A stretch of DNA of 64,000 nucleotides from the NCBI GenBank assembly GCA_030704615.1, contig CM060732.1, positions 9,238,001 to 9,302,000 of the forward strand, in the 5' to 3' direction. Below are positions 48,891-62,170 of this stretch, piece after piece. Under the pieces are notes generated by a model. It made no database searches and was not told the origin of the DNA. It saw only the letters and a program-made list of their open reading frames with translations. Position 1 is the stretch's first letter. Each line of letters begins with the position of its first letter. The position numbers and the translations under genes are program-made. The stretch comes from Takakia lepidozioides (taxonomy: Eukaryota > Plantae > Bryophyta).

Positions 48891-49285
48891 TGAAATCGAA
48901 ACAAAACTGCAGCTTACCTTCTCTGTCCGCAACTTGCCTCTACCACCACCACCAGTAGCAACGCCTCCCCCTCGAGTGTCCTTCTTCCTCCCCATCGCCG
49001 CAACAGCTTGTTGCCTCGGGGTGGTATAGTATAAGGACGAGATGCGGCGCCTTCGTCTCCTCTTCGCAACGGGAGTCTCCAGGGTGTAGAGACTAGAGAC
49101 GTGTTAAGTGCTTGTGTAGTTTGTGTGTGTTTGTTTGGGGGAGTGGTAGACAAGGGATAATGTGCAAGTATACTAGAGTACGTTAGTGTAGTAATGATAC
49201 CGGGTTGGTCATGTAGTAATGGCAATAAGTTTAGCTGAATAGAAATAGTTTATTAACAAAAAAATAGAGGTTGTTTCATTGAATA

Positions 49286-49354
49286 GAGCATGGCTTGGTG
49301 GTAAGGTTGTGGTGTATTTTCCACTAGGTCGCGGGTTCAAACCTGTGCCCGCCA
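49286..49354 (+). promoter_or_regulatory. tRNA-derived Pol III A/B-box motif (SINE-head-like)
   Basis: A-box-like TGGCTTGGTGG at 49291 and B-box GGTTCAAACC at 49334 with tRNA-like spacing. It ends in GCCA but forms no proper cloverleaf. Confidence 0.4.
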
Positions 49355-50206
49355 AGGAGAGCGGGGGGTAAGGGGGGCGAGGGCGAGGGCGGAAGGCCTT
49401 AAAAACGCCAAATTGGCCAAATATGAAATGTGAACATTTTTTATACACTTTGGCGTTAGTGCTTTTTGAAACCAATTGCTCCATCATGTCAATCGTCGAC
49501 TCAAATCTGAAAATTATTTTGACTCAAGCCTAAAAATTTCAATTCTATTTGTCTAGGTTTTTTTCAAACACATTTTAAAACAAGACATTTTTGTCAATTA
49601 CACTAATGGACTACATGGGTTACACGTGGATCCTCATAAGATGGTTGTACGATTGACATGTTACTTTGTGACAGCGCCTTCATAAGACAATATAAAGTAA
49701 GTGATAAAGTAACTGAACATTTTGTTATGGGTGTCTTAATCAATTTATTGGTTTTAGAGTCAATTGTCGCCACAAATACTTGTACTCATTGCTCATACAT
49801 GAGTAATCAAAGAACAAATCAACATACATGTCATGGGATTTGATTGTAAATAAATTGTGCCGTCTAGTGTGTCAGTTCATAGTTGGACGATTAATCAACG
49901 ATTGGTTGTATAATAAATGGAAACATGCAGAGCATTTATGTTTCATATGCTCATAAGAAGAAGGCAGTACATTGGATTCTAAGATCTCAACAACGGCGCC
50001 GTCGTCTTAAAAATAAGGGATAGTCCATTTAGTTGTTTCTGTCAAAGAGTAATATGGATGGAGCACATGTCTTAAAAAATTTGGACCTTCTGGATTGATG
50101 ATACACAGAAGTAATGTAAGCCATTTAATGTATTTGCATAAGGTCTTGCAAGATGTGCACTTTCGTTCATTTTGCATCTCCTCTCAAACTTTGAGGGCAT
50201 TGCCAA

Positions 50207-51060
50207 ATGTCTGCACCAAAATATGCATTGCTTTCATGTCCACCTGATGCAAAAGTGGTTCGTTATCCTTGCAATGGAGACAAATGCATTATCCCAGAAC
50301 CTTGGTTATGCAATAGATTCAAACTTGTTCCGGGTTCAGTTTTTTTGGAGGATGATGGAGATGATGATGCCTCCACAGTGTTGCTTCCAGTTTTCAATGA
50401 TGGCCAAAAGCAATGGGAGTTGTTTCAAGACACTTTCTCCAAGTACCGTGTCACAGGTACGAGTTATACACAGTCACGTGATGAAAGACACACTTCTATT
50501 GCAAGGAAGAAGGAACAAACTGCAACAAATGGGAGTTGTAAATTGAAGGAGGAGGTTGCAGATTCGGCAAGCTTGGGGTCTCATAATTCGGATTGTGTTG
50601 AGGTTTCTAAGAGTGTATTTTGTGGATCTCAACCTTCCTTATCTGCTCATACGGTCTTGCTTCACGACATGAAAGCTCGGAAAACTCCATTGGACAACAC
50701 CACGTCTGATTGTTGCGAATCTGCGAGGGGTTTATCTTCATCTCCACGACTAGCAGGGGAGGCTACATCTGCATTTCCTTCTAGTGTTGTCCATTTTGAG
50801 TATCTTGGCCACTGCTCGGAGAAATGGATCAAAAGGAGAGATTTTTACCTTGGACTATAGTCACATTCCAGTGCATCGTGTTTGGTGTCTTCCTCGAGCT
50901 TTTGATGGAAAAGTGATCCACGAACTCCCCCCCGTGGTCAAACTACGTACGGACCGTGGTTCATAGTCCCTCCAAGGCATGGACCGCAATTTTGATGGTC
51001 ATCCTTGGTGCAAGACCAATACCTATAATATGTCTGGTGTTCCAGATCATGTGAAATGTA
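50207..51060 (+). pseudogene. Probable DNA-transposon protein fragment with a WRKY/GCM1-like DGHPWCK motif
   Basis: A 217-aa ORF frameshifts into DYSHIPVHRVWCLPRAFDGKVIHELPP...GMDRNFDGHPWCKTNTYN and then stops abruptly. Confidence 0.4.
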
Positions 51061-51819
51061 GTACAATTGAATAAACAGATCCCCATGATACTTACCTCAA
51101 CAGAGTCTTGCTCATATGCCCAGTCAATGTCAAATTGGGAGAGAACCCATGATTCAAATGTCTACAGTTAATTCACAAGTGCCAGGATTTAATGCAGCAC
51201 AAGCATTACCTAGACAAACTCCAGCTCACGGGCCCAATTCTTGTTAGGTTTGCACCCCACTGGCACCAATCTTACACCCAATGCCTCCTAGTTCTTACTG
51301 TCACGGTCAATAAAAGCTTGCTGAGGTTAGAGCAAACATTGGCTCTTGGCTCTTCTTCAACACATATGCAGGGTGCTTGATGCAAGCACAAGCAACTTGA
51401 ATCAAACTATCTTGTGATCACTAAGGTGAAAATATAGTCACAGCCAGATCATTATGCTCACGAGGAAGCTGAAAATTTTCAACCAAATACCACACTCCAG
51501 TGCCATCTACAAGGAACCTACGCGCCAAATCTTGACAAACAATACCCAAAGTGTAGACATGGCCAGTAGCTAGGAAGAGAAAAAGAACAGTACACATGTC
51601 TGTTTAATACCAACAAATTGAATGAGAGTTTTTAGTACTCAATGAAGTACTAGAAGTGAGTCTGAGGGCCCAACATAGTATTGAGTTGAAAACAAGATTT
51701 ACCAGCTTGTCCAGAACACTATTCTAATCTGTACTATAGCAATATGTATTGTTTAACTCCCTATAAGAGACAATATCCCATCTGCAAAGCTGATATGTCT
51801 CACTACAGATGGAGGCACC

Positions 51820-52789
51820 CTAATTTCTTTTGGACAATGCTTTATCCAACACATTCACCATGTTTTCAAAGACACCAACCAGCTGTTCCAGATTTCGATT
51901 AGTCTTATCATTGTTTTCTCTTTCAGCTTGAATCCGTGCACCTTCTTGCTGTAGCAAAGCTGCAAAATGGCCATCCTCCTCAACCAATCGGACATCATGT
52001 TGTGTTATCTTTATTTCTTCAAGTCGTAATAATTGGTTGTGGCGTTCTTCCTTCTTCTCCTCAGATTCCTTCATTGCTCCTACTAGGGCCACACTGTTCT
52101 CCTTGGCTACTTCAATGAAACGATTCATATATGAATCAACTTTCCTCTTCTTGCCTGTGCTCGTGTTTGGTGGAGTCGTCGTACTTGATGGATCAAGAGG
52201 AGTGGTGGGGTTTTGTAAGTTCCTAGTGAATATCTCACTTGTAACATCATCATTTGGTGTCGTTTCCACCCCAAATCCATTGAGGCCCTTGGGGTTGCAA
52301 CAGTTGATGACTTCCCACACGAGGCCCCTGGCGTTGCAACAGATGATTCTCCATGTGAATTAAGAGACATTTGTCTCCCAAAGAGCGAGTCATAAAACTG
52401 TGAAGCATTGGCAGGTGTCATATAGATATTTCTCCTACCATACACATGCTTATCAAACGATGGAGGCATATTGAGTGTCTTCCTGTCAGTACTGGTCATT
52501 GCCCAATAGTGTCATGCACTTGTCTTGGATAGATAGTCTTTGATTTTCTTGAATTCCTTTTGAAGACTTTCCCATTTTACCTTGCATTGCTCCATTGTCC
52601 GAGTAGTGACTTGACTCATGGTGTCCATGTAATTTCTCTCCATTTTTCTAGCACGGAGACAAATCTGGCCATTGTAGTTGATGTCTTCTCTTTGTCCCAT
52701 TAAGCACGCTTTGTGTGCACCAATGCATAGATCTCTATCGTTGACCAGTTTCCTGTCCGAGGTGCCCTAGATCGCGCATTGTTCGCCAT
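51820..52789 (-). pseudogene. Myb/SANT-like (trihelix) protein pseudogene, PIF/Harbinger ORF1-like
   Basis: RTGNWSTIEIYALV...RTMEQCKVKWESLQKEFKKIKDY...YWAMTSTDRKTLNMPPSFDKHVY, then KKRK and a C-terminal coiled coil (MKESEEKKEERHNQLLRLEE). Contains stops and frameshifts. Confidence 0.72.
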
Positions 52790-53159
52790 TGAAGTGCTTG
52801 AATTCTGGATGTGAGTTGCTATTCTATTAGCCATTAGCCATCAGCCATCAGCCATCAGTGTGACGTGGATGTGGGAACACCGGCCACGTCGCAATCAATA
52901 TTTCATGGGCTGCCCGTAAATTTGTGCTTGAATTCACGAGAGACATTAATGGAGAATGACATGGCATTGTCCCGAAACACCACCTTTGGTTACAGAAGGT
53001 GGAGACTGATCTGGAAAACTAAATGTATTTCTGCGATCTACAACCTTAGCTTCTGAAAGTAAAAACCTACAGTAGACATTGACAGTTTATAAACAAGCAC
53101 CACACATGTTATCAAATGATATAGACAAGCCAACACATCAAAAGGTTGACGACAAAATT

Positions 53160-53830
53160 TTGGGGTACCACTTTCATTCGCCGAAGGTGGGCACAAAAAA
53201 CAGAAGGTCTGGAGGTCCACAACATAATCTGGGGGAGACGACCTTCTTTTCTCGAAGGTAGGAAAAAGAATAAAAGGTCCAAGAAATAATTTGGGGACAC
53301 CATCTTCGTCCGAAGAAAGTGGGCATAAAAATCAAAAATCCAAATGTTTTTTGGAGGAGACCACCTTCGTCAGACGAAGGTGGGCATAAAAATCAAAGAT
53401 CCAATTTTTTTTCGGAGGAGACCACTTTCGTTCAACGAAGGTGGGGAATAAAAAGTCAAAGATCCAAAAATATTTTTGTGGAAACTACCTTCGTTCAACG
53501 AAAATGGGCATAAAAATCGAGGATCAAAGACATTTTATGCGGAAGACCATTTTCATTCGACGAAAATAGGTACAAAAATCCAAAATATTGCTTTGTGGAG
53601 ACCATTTTAATCTGCCGAAGGTGGTAATAGAGATTAGTAGGTCTAAGTCAATTTTGGGGCAGACCACATTCGGTGAATGAGGACGTTGAAAATGTCTTCA
53701 AGAATTTATCATGGACGCCATCTCTGGTGAGAGTTCCAACCTTTTGTCAAAGAGGGTGTTTTATTTTTCTTCCTTGTACCTTCGTTCGTCGAAGGTAATT
53801 TTTCTTGGGCAGGTTCGTTGGGCAGCTTCC
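53160..53830. repeat. ~60-bp tandem array with CACCTTCGTC-N-GACGAAGGTG inverted-repeat core
   Basis: About 9 degenerate units, e.g. ACCACCTTCGTCAGACGAAGGTGGGCATAAAAATCAAAGATCC. Confidence 0.65.
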
Positions 53831-55084
53831 AATATTCCTGGTGACCTTCGTCATTGATGGATTTGTGCATATAACTGACAGAATATGAGCTCTCAATTCT
53901 GGATCTATACTTGATGGATGCGAGTGTGCTCTACTGCTTCTTCTCTTGTGATCTTTCTATGACACGCCAGAGGATTACATGGCTTCTATACCAGGATGCG
54001 AGAATGACCGCAGCGTAACCATGCTCGTGAGCACTGTTGTTGTAGCCGTCCTGCAAAGCTTGCGATAGCCGGGAGCTAATGGGGATAGGATATACTATGA
54101 CCCAGCATAACTATGACCGGCTCCCAGTTCGGTCGCAGGTCATTTTAGCAGCCCGGTTATGTAGGGATAACCCGCGCCTAACCGGCCAGTGCGGCTATAA
54201 CTTCCAGCAAAATGTACAGGCCTGCCAGTGCTGAGCCCAACAGGCCAATAACTTAAAGAGAAAGGGCCCCGGATGTGCGTGCGATGTGAAACTCGGCAGC
54301 AACTTGAGAGACGAGAGGGCGGGTGATTGCGGAAATTTCGTAGATGGACACTGGCGCAATCCGATGAATGTGGCGGTCGAGATTCTATGGATGGACTGCC
54401 GCGGTGATGCTTCGTAATTTCTGCGACGGCAGAGAAGCGAACAGTAGGTGACCGGGATTGTACGAGAGGTCGAATTAGGGAGTGAGTTTGAGAGAGCTTG
54501 GAGGACGGAGGTGCAAGAAGAAATCTAAGGTGTAGCAGCCCTGCACATATCAGAGGTGGGTCGGAATGGGACAGAGCAGGGCCGCTTGGCCTCGCCTTAA
54601 TAGCGATGTATCTTTCTTGCATCAGACTTTGACTAGCCACTTGTTTTCGGTAGCGGTTCCAGGTCCAAGGAGTACTCATCGCTGATCGGCCCTTCTGGCT
54701 GTTAAACTCAAGCATGATCCATCTTGGCATTCTGTACAATCTTCAGAAGGGATGAGAGAGGATTCATTAAATTACCCTGGTTTGTGGGTTCTGATGAATT
54801 TGATGCACATTACATGGATATGCTCCAGTTTTTTTTTCCGTAAGTTTGGATTTTGGACCCATTCAATAAAACCATAGTCGATGTTGATCTGTTAAGAAAA
54901 TCCAAACTAAGGATTACTTATAAACAGGCTTGAATTGTAGCTAGCTTTTGGCAGGAACTTTGGCGCAAGCCTGCCTTGTTGACAGTCAATGCAGGCATTG
55001 TCCATACCCTTCACCCAATTGGCTGAATGATGGCAACCGACTCACTACGTTTATCCAAACAGGAGTGACGAGCTCGGAAAGAAA

Positions 55085-58000
55085 ATGAGGAAGACGCTGG
55101 AGAAGTTGTGGTGGACCGCAGGGAAGCAGGCACGGGGGTTTGCAGGATCGGTGTTGTCTGTGGAGCAGGGCCAGAAGAGGGTGGTGGAGGCATCCCTCAC
55201 TCTCATTCAAGCGCGTGCCCAATTGAAGGTAGTCCCCCCCCCCCCCCCCCCCACCTCTTCTGCTCGTTCTTCCCTCTGTCTCCCCTCTATCTCTATCTCC
55301 CGTCACCGTCATTGCATCGCGTGTGCCTTCTGTTTGTCTACAGTAACATATGTACTTCTCAGCCTTCCCGTGTAATGCTGCCTGTCTCTTTGTTGTGTGT
55401 CTGCCCTCACCATAGGCTGGACCGCGTACCTCCTTTACACAACCCTCTTTCTCTCTCCTCCCTCCTCTGGACCTTCACATCTCATGGTGATCTGACAACT
55501 TGCAAGATATGTTGAGGATAGTGGGCTACTAGAGGGTGTCACAAAAATCAATGCAGATATGGATGTAAGCATACGCATGCTTGTGCAGGCACAGAATGTG
55601 CGGGCCAAGGGTGGAGCCATAGCAACTGCATGTCTTCTGGGGGTGCCTCTAGGCCATAACTCGTCGTTTCTGCAGGGCCCTGCATTTTCCCCTCCTCGGA
55701 TTAGAGAGGCTATCTGGTGTGGAAGTACCAACTCTACCACTGAGGCAGGTATGGTAAAGTATCTGATGCTAAAGGCATGTTGTGTTTTGCACAGCACAAT
55801 CTCAAGATCCTTAGTTCTAAATATCTTTTTGCTATAGGTTTTGAAGGCTTCTATACCACAACCTCACAGAGGCTGGTTGATACAAGCAGCAGCCCCTGCT
55901 TTTCCTGATGCCTTCCATTCCATTGTAAGGCAGGCTTTTGTGGAATATACTACAATTGATCCATCACTTTTCCAGCAGATTTATGTGGTGCATGGTGACC
56001 CTCACTCCCTGTGTACCGGGAGGTGGTCGCATCATGTGTTACGAATTTTGTTCTGTTCGTCAATGTTCGGACAACAACCACACAATTACATTCTGTTATA
56101 CATGAAGGATGCTGGGATGCAGGGAAAGATCTGGAGGACATACGAATACTGTCAGATGCAGGGGATGTGCCCATCCAGGAGATGCGTGACTGTGGTTTGG
56201 ATGATGAACATCTGATGCATGCGATCAGTGATGCAGTCAAACTCATCATGGTTGAGGTTGGTTGCTCATGCATGTAAAGAGAAAGAGGGATTGACCTGTA
56301 TGTATTGGCCACTTCCTCTAAACATGGGCTGTGGCTACCTTGAGGGCAGTCCCAGCGGCATACCCCACTCTCTTGGAGCCAAATGTGGGGTTTAGCTCTG
56401 GAGGGCCTGAAACCCAGCAGTTCTGATTGAGCACAGTTGTGTAGCAGTTTACTTGGGCTTGAATGTCCCTGTCAGTGGTCCAACTGTAGCCCAACATCTT
56501 ACACAGAAGTGACAGTTGTGGCTTTGGCTGCGGTTGCACTTCCAGTCACAATACATACAGAAGGGCAGACATCTGACCCTTGGTTGCACAGATCTCACAC
56601 ATGTGGCTGTGATTTGACTCAAACATCGTAGTATGGAACAGAGAGAGAAGAAGGAAAGAAAGAAAGATGTTTTTTTCCTCCCACGGGAGGCCAGAGGAAA
56701 CTCCTAGTATTCCTCTAGTATTGCCGGAGAACAACAAAGACAAAGAGAATTCACAGTTCCAGGCTTGTAAGTATCATGGTTGCAGCCCTCCATGGCCGTC
56801 CCGGGCTTTATAGACTATGTGCTGGTCTTCTGCGTCTTCCCTTTCTTTTCTTGGACTTTTTTCCCCTGGAAACTGGTTAATTCAAGTATTCTCTCCCCTG
56901 GTTAGGCAATACGAGGTATGTTTCTCTGATTGGCATTTATTGGCTTGCCCAGATTGTGATGAGTTTTTGAGTGTACACAGTTGAGAGAGAGACAGAGAAA
57001 GTGTGATCAATGAAAATACTGGTTCACATCATCAATTTTGTTAGTTGCTTTGTTCAGTCTATCTTACTTGGTGCTATTGCTGTCCCACGTCCTGCTCTGT
57101 GTTGTTATTGTTGTTATTTCCGGATGTTGTGGCTCTCCTGAATCAATCCTTGTGGATTCTGTGTGCATGGCATGCTCATGGCAGTCACCACTGCGGCCTC
57201 TTGTGTTGGGAGGAGACCACTCGATATCATACCCTGTAGTGCGTGCAGTGTCAGAGCACTTGGGGGGACCTCTGGACATTCTGCACCTAGATGCACATCC
57301 TGACATTTATCATTCCTTTGAGGGCAATTACTTCTCACACGCCTCTCCTTTTGCCCGTATCATGGAGGGTGGCTATGCTAGGCGCCTTATTCAGGTGTGT
57401 TTTACTCTATATCATGGTGTGAGATTTTCACCTGCTCATGAAGAGGGTGGAGAAGCACAAAGTTTGTGCTCGAAGCCTGACAAGTGTATGTGTGTTTGAA
57501 GGTTGGGTTGCGATCAATAAATAAAGAAGGGCGAGATCAAGGTAAGAAATTTGGGGTGGAGCAACATGAAATGCGTACATTCAGCCGCGATCGTGACTAT
57601 CTTGAGAGCCTGGTATGTCTCTATCCCCCTTTCCTCTAAACTTTCTACTTGTCTTTGTACATGCCGAGCTATCCCTCAAATTGATGTGTGCTGGAATTAT
57701 GCTGCAATTTCAACGGGGAACTGGGTGCCCTTTCGAGGGCTTCTTGTCTGGCACACGTATGGAGAACAGACATAAACATGACCATGTCAGCCCCTCCCGT
57801 TCTATTACTCAAATGATCTGGAAAGCCTCTCTGCTATCACTATATTCCAGTTCAGCAATTTCCATTTAGCATCTTGTCAAACACTGGGCGTGCATCCACC
57901 ATCCTTCAACACCTGACTTGCTTGTTGACAAGATTGTCAAACTTGAGTTCATGTAGATAATGTGGCGGTTCACCTGCTTCTCTGTCCTAGACCTTTCATG

Positions 58001-60371
58001 TTAGTGCACTCCCTATGATACAGTCGGAGGTGCCAAAAATGTGTAGTGCCTCTTTGAGTGGTCCTGCCTGACTCAGTGTCCTTACATCCACATGCCAGAA
58101 GGCCTCTTGTTGACTCCCTCTCCTTCTCCTCTTTCAAGTGTTGTCAGTTTTGCCAGTGCTACCCCTGTCTGCCAGTCTGATGTCGAAGAAACTGTGCCTG
58201 ATTCAGCCCCGCCATCCTGCCTGACTGAAAAGTCTTACTGACCTACCTTTGTGGCTTAACTCGTAGCATATCTTGATGTACTTCAATCCTTTTAGGAAGG
58301 TTAGTCTTGGCAGACAGACTTGTTTCTGCATATTAATATAGCTACAAAACAACCGCAGTGATGTATTTTGATAGTCAACTGAGCTGGTTCAATCAGTTGG
58401 GTTGGAGCCCTTATGCTCAAAATCAATACTGTCTGTATGTTCCTGCTAAAGCTCTATCGTGTAGATAGCCTTGCGATCATCACCAAATTGTGCTAGACCA
58501 TATTCTACTTTGTCCCCTGGGCCCTCAGGGCACCTTGTGGATGTTAATATATATATATATATTTTTCTGTCTTTCTTTCTCTGCATCGCATCTGTCAGCT
58601 CTGCTTCACACAAGGGAGCTTCGAACAACTCTCAATTCATTGATTGGCATTGTACAGTTTAAAATTTTAAAGCAGGGCCTGGTGATGACGTAATCAACAA
58701 GCTTCTCAAATATGGAGGTGCTCCAATGATCTAGTACAGGGGGTGATAGACAACATCAAGAGGTACTTGGGTGGCTGGCAGTCTGAAGCCACTGCGACTG
58801 CAAGTGCTGTCGTAGTTATGACAACCGAGGAAGTTTAATCCTCCTGAATTGCTGATGGGAGGCTCACAATGAAAATATCATCGAAATTGCCGGAGAAACA
58901 TGTTAGTGCTGTGCTTAAGGCCTCCCTGGGTTCTTCTTAAAGGAAACACGTGCCAGGCCACTTTACATATTTGAGGGTTATCTTTTTCAGATGTCCTCCA
59001 GCAGGAAGCAATTTTTTTCTGGTGATCCTCAGACGGTAATGCCCAATGAACCAGCTTGTTTGAGTTGCTGGATGATGGGGCTGAAGCTTTTCTCGTTGCT
59101 GATCTTATACCAAAAAGGGTAGCCTAGAATCACTGCTGCTGACTTGAGGAAAACCGACAAGCGCTGAGACTTTGGGGGTCTAATCTCACCAGCCCTGTAC
59201 GAGGATCACCCTTCGCAACCATGTCTAAGACCTGCCAAGAGCAAGATAACATCAAATGGCTCTGACAACTGGAGGCCATCTAATCACTCCATGGCCTCTT
59301 GTATCTGGGAGGGAGAGTGTGTTCTCTCTGTCTCTCTCTTTTTCTGTCAGTATCAAACCAGCTCACACCAAAGAACAAAAACATACCACCTTGGATCGGA
59401 GAAAGATGGGATTGTTACCTTCCTGAGGATTGATCATCCCAGTACATGGTGTCTTTTAGAGATTGCCCGCCCCCGGGAGAGACCTATACCTATGAGGACA
59501 AAGTACTTCGAGACTTACCTGCATGAGGCCTCGGCCTTTGTGAATGCTTGACCTTTGAGTTTGTAGTTGTGTGGCTCAACTGTGCTGTTCTACTTTTGTT
59601 CTTTGTGGTGTTCATCAATTTAATATAATTTATCTCTTTCGTTCTTTCTCTGTAGAGTTCATGTCTCTTTTTTCTCCTGAGGTTTGCGGGATGCCAAACA
59701 ATTGGGTTGTTGAAGCACCTTTTGGTTCTTTCTTGTAGTTCTTTCATCTTCTCTCTTCCTGTGGACTCTATAAATTTTCCTCTTTCCTTTATTCCTTTTC
59801 GTTTTTCCCTCTCTCTCTTTATGTTAAGCTGCATATCGGAACCCTATCATCCAGATACAGATTTGACTAAATCATCAAGTTCCCATCTTTCACGTTGTCT
59901 GCTGGACCCAACGGACTGGAACTTCAATACGATTGTGCAAGTAGGATCAAACGATTATCTAATGTAGTGTCACTCTTCTTAACACTGCCTTGCTATCTTT
60001 CTTTCCTGGAAGTTGGCTAGCATAATTCATATGCCAGTTCTCTTAGTACAATCCGTCTGCTTTGAGCACCTTACCAACCTGATTGAGTCTCCTCTCTTTC
60101 TGGTGTGTAGGAGCTTGGAGGTGGAGTTAAAGGTGTTTACATCTCGATTGATGTGGACTGTCTGGATCCAGCATTTGCTCCCGGTGTGTCCCACATTGAA
60201 CCCGGTGGCCTCAGCTTTCGGGATGTAATGAACATTCTGCAAAATTTGAGGGGTGATATCGTGGGTGGTGATGTGGTAGAGTTTAACCCCCAGCGGGACA
60301 CAGCCGATGGTATGACAGCCATGGTTGCTGCCAAGCTTGTGCGTGAGCTGTCTGCCAAAATGTCGAAGTAA
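55085..60371 (+). CDS. ARGAH: Arginase (plant ureohydrolase, arginine amidinohydrolase), probably mitochondrial; exons 55085-55228, 55589-55748, 56123-56256, 57185-57394, 57502-57612, 60111-60371; 339 aa
   Basis: EQGQKRVVEASLTLI, LLGVPLGHNSSFLQGPAFSPPRIREAIWCGSTNSTTE, LVLGGDHSISYPVVRAV, HLDAHPD, SHASPFARIMEGG, VGLRS, ISIDVDCLDPAFAPGVSHIEPGGL, DVVEFNPQRDT. Five GT..AG introns with compatible phases; 1020 nt spliced. Confidence 0.96.
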
Positions 60372-62170
60372 ATGTGGTACATCACTTCCGAGCTTCTATG
60401 ACTCGCCTACTTTTACGTTCCATTTCTCCTTGTGCTCCCCTATATGACAGGTCTTCAGTGTAATATCGTTGTGCCTAAAACTTTATTTCTCTTGTTACAT
60501 GGTATACACAGGCACCTACACATGCGCACCGAGAGAGATGGGAATGGTACAGAGGATGCAGATTGTGGGCACGATTACTTTTTGTGTAGCAATGGCACGT
60601 CACATGAATCTTGCACTCGAGCACTTCAAAAGTTGTGCGTTGCCCAGATTTCCTTCTTTCTTTCTCTGGCTGGCTGTGTTGTGTGCCTACTCTTACAACA
60701 CTTTGCGGGTGATGGCCTGGCTGCAGCCAAGTAGGAGAAAAGTATGGAAGTCACTTGGTTCGTGTGAGCATCGTGGCACCCTTGAATAGCTTGTAAGACT
60801 TGCGTATGTTCTCCATCTCTCTACTCTGCACTTCCTTCAGTGCCTTCTTCCTCCCTCCCTCAATCCTCCTCTCTTTTTCAACTTCAGTGGATAACAATTG
60901 TCGTTCTTCCTTATCATCAACTTTCCTTCTCTGGATGTATGTCCACTGTCAACCTCTGTTACATGGTTTGTAGTGTTCTTTGGAATACCTTGAGTTCCCT
61001 TGGTTGCTGGTGTGTTATGAGATATGAGAACAACCCAGCTGTAAATTTTCCACCAGATGTACAGCTGTCTCTACCTCTTATGTGTGCAATTGGCGTCCTC
61101 ATATTGTTACTCGTCTTTTTTGCAGGAAGGAGGATGTATTTTTTGCTCTGAGAAGATGCCTTCATACTTTAAGGGAAACAAGGGAGTGGAATCATCAAAA
61201 GAATAAGGCTCGCTGCTTGACAGGTTCAAAAGAACACCTTGGAGCTAACATAATTTGATTGGAAGGCAGGTCTGAATGACCGACGCAGCTCCATATCAGG
61301 CCTTTACCTTGCTCAGAGTATGAGCTCACAGTCTGATATTCTCTGTATGGCTTTCGAAAAGGAGGCTATTTATGCAGAAGAGGGATAATTAAGTGCAACT
61401 AATGGAATTTGCTAGTAGGTTCTACCTTTTAAAGTGCCTGTGACCAGGTCCGGTAGGAACTCAAACTAATTTGCAGGGTTGGAAATTGAATGTGCTCTAG
61501 AGAAAGTGAAGACCAATAATTTAGATTGTGTTTGAGATGTTTGACCAATGCGAGGTTTGTTCTGTACTTCTCACACTAATATTCAAGAGGTGGTGGGCAG
61601 CCAGGTAGTATTATTCAAGCTTATGTTTTGGATGGTACAGGGATCTACCTTCTCCACATCCTCTGTTAGAAGGCTTTCTAATTAACAACTGTCATACAAG
61701 TTGCTGGATACAAAGAAGCCATGTCGTGATGTTTCAGAAAGGAGCTCAAAAATTATGAATTATATCTTATGGCATTGGATTTGTAGCCCTTGCCCTTATC
61801 TGAACATCTATTGTTAATGTGTGGACTTGTAGAGCCCAGCATGGGATGCTCTTTACTAGCAAAGTTAATGGAAGTGCAAGGTAGCTAGATATCTATAGTT
61901 CTGATCTAAACTTAGTTGTTTTGTCCCAATTTATAAACAGTGATGTAGAGTAACTGGCTCTGATGTGCGATGGAAAGAGGTTGTAATCAATATGCGCAGT
62001 CAGACATGGCCACATGGCTCTCTAGATCGCCCTCCTCACAACCTAGGTCTTGGTTAGCATCAATCAATCTGCAGCTCTGGTTTTTAGTGTTGCAACTAGT
62101 GGTTCATGCAGTAGTAGCATTTCAGGGCTCCCATGTTTTGTTTTTCATTAAGCTCAGGCTGTTATGTGTC

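Noticed and set aside
49286-49354. Functional tRNA gene
   Set aside because: The acceptor and anticodon stems do not pair; only A/B-box-like motifs are present.
54140-54739. 199-aa minus-strand ORF upstream of arginase
   Set aside because: No recognisable motif and a non-ATG start. It is probably the antisense of the GC-rich promoter/5' UTR.
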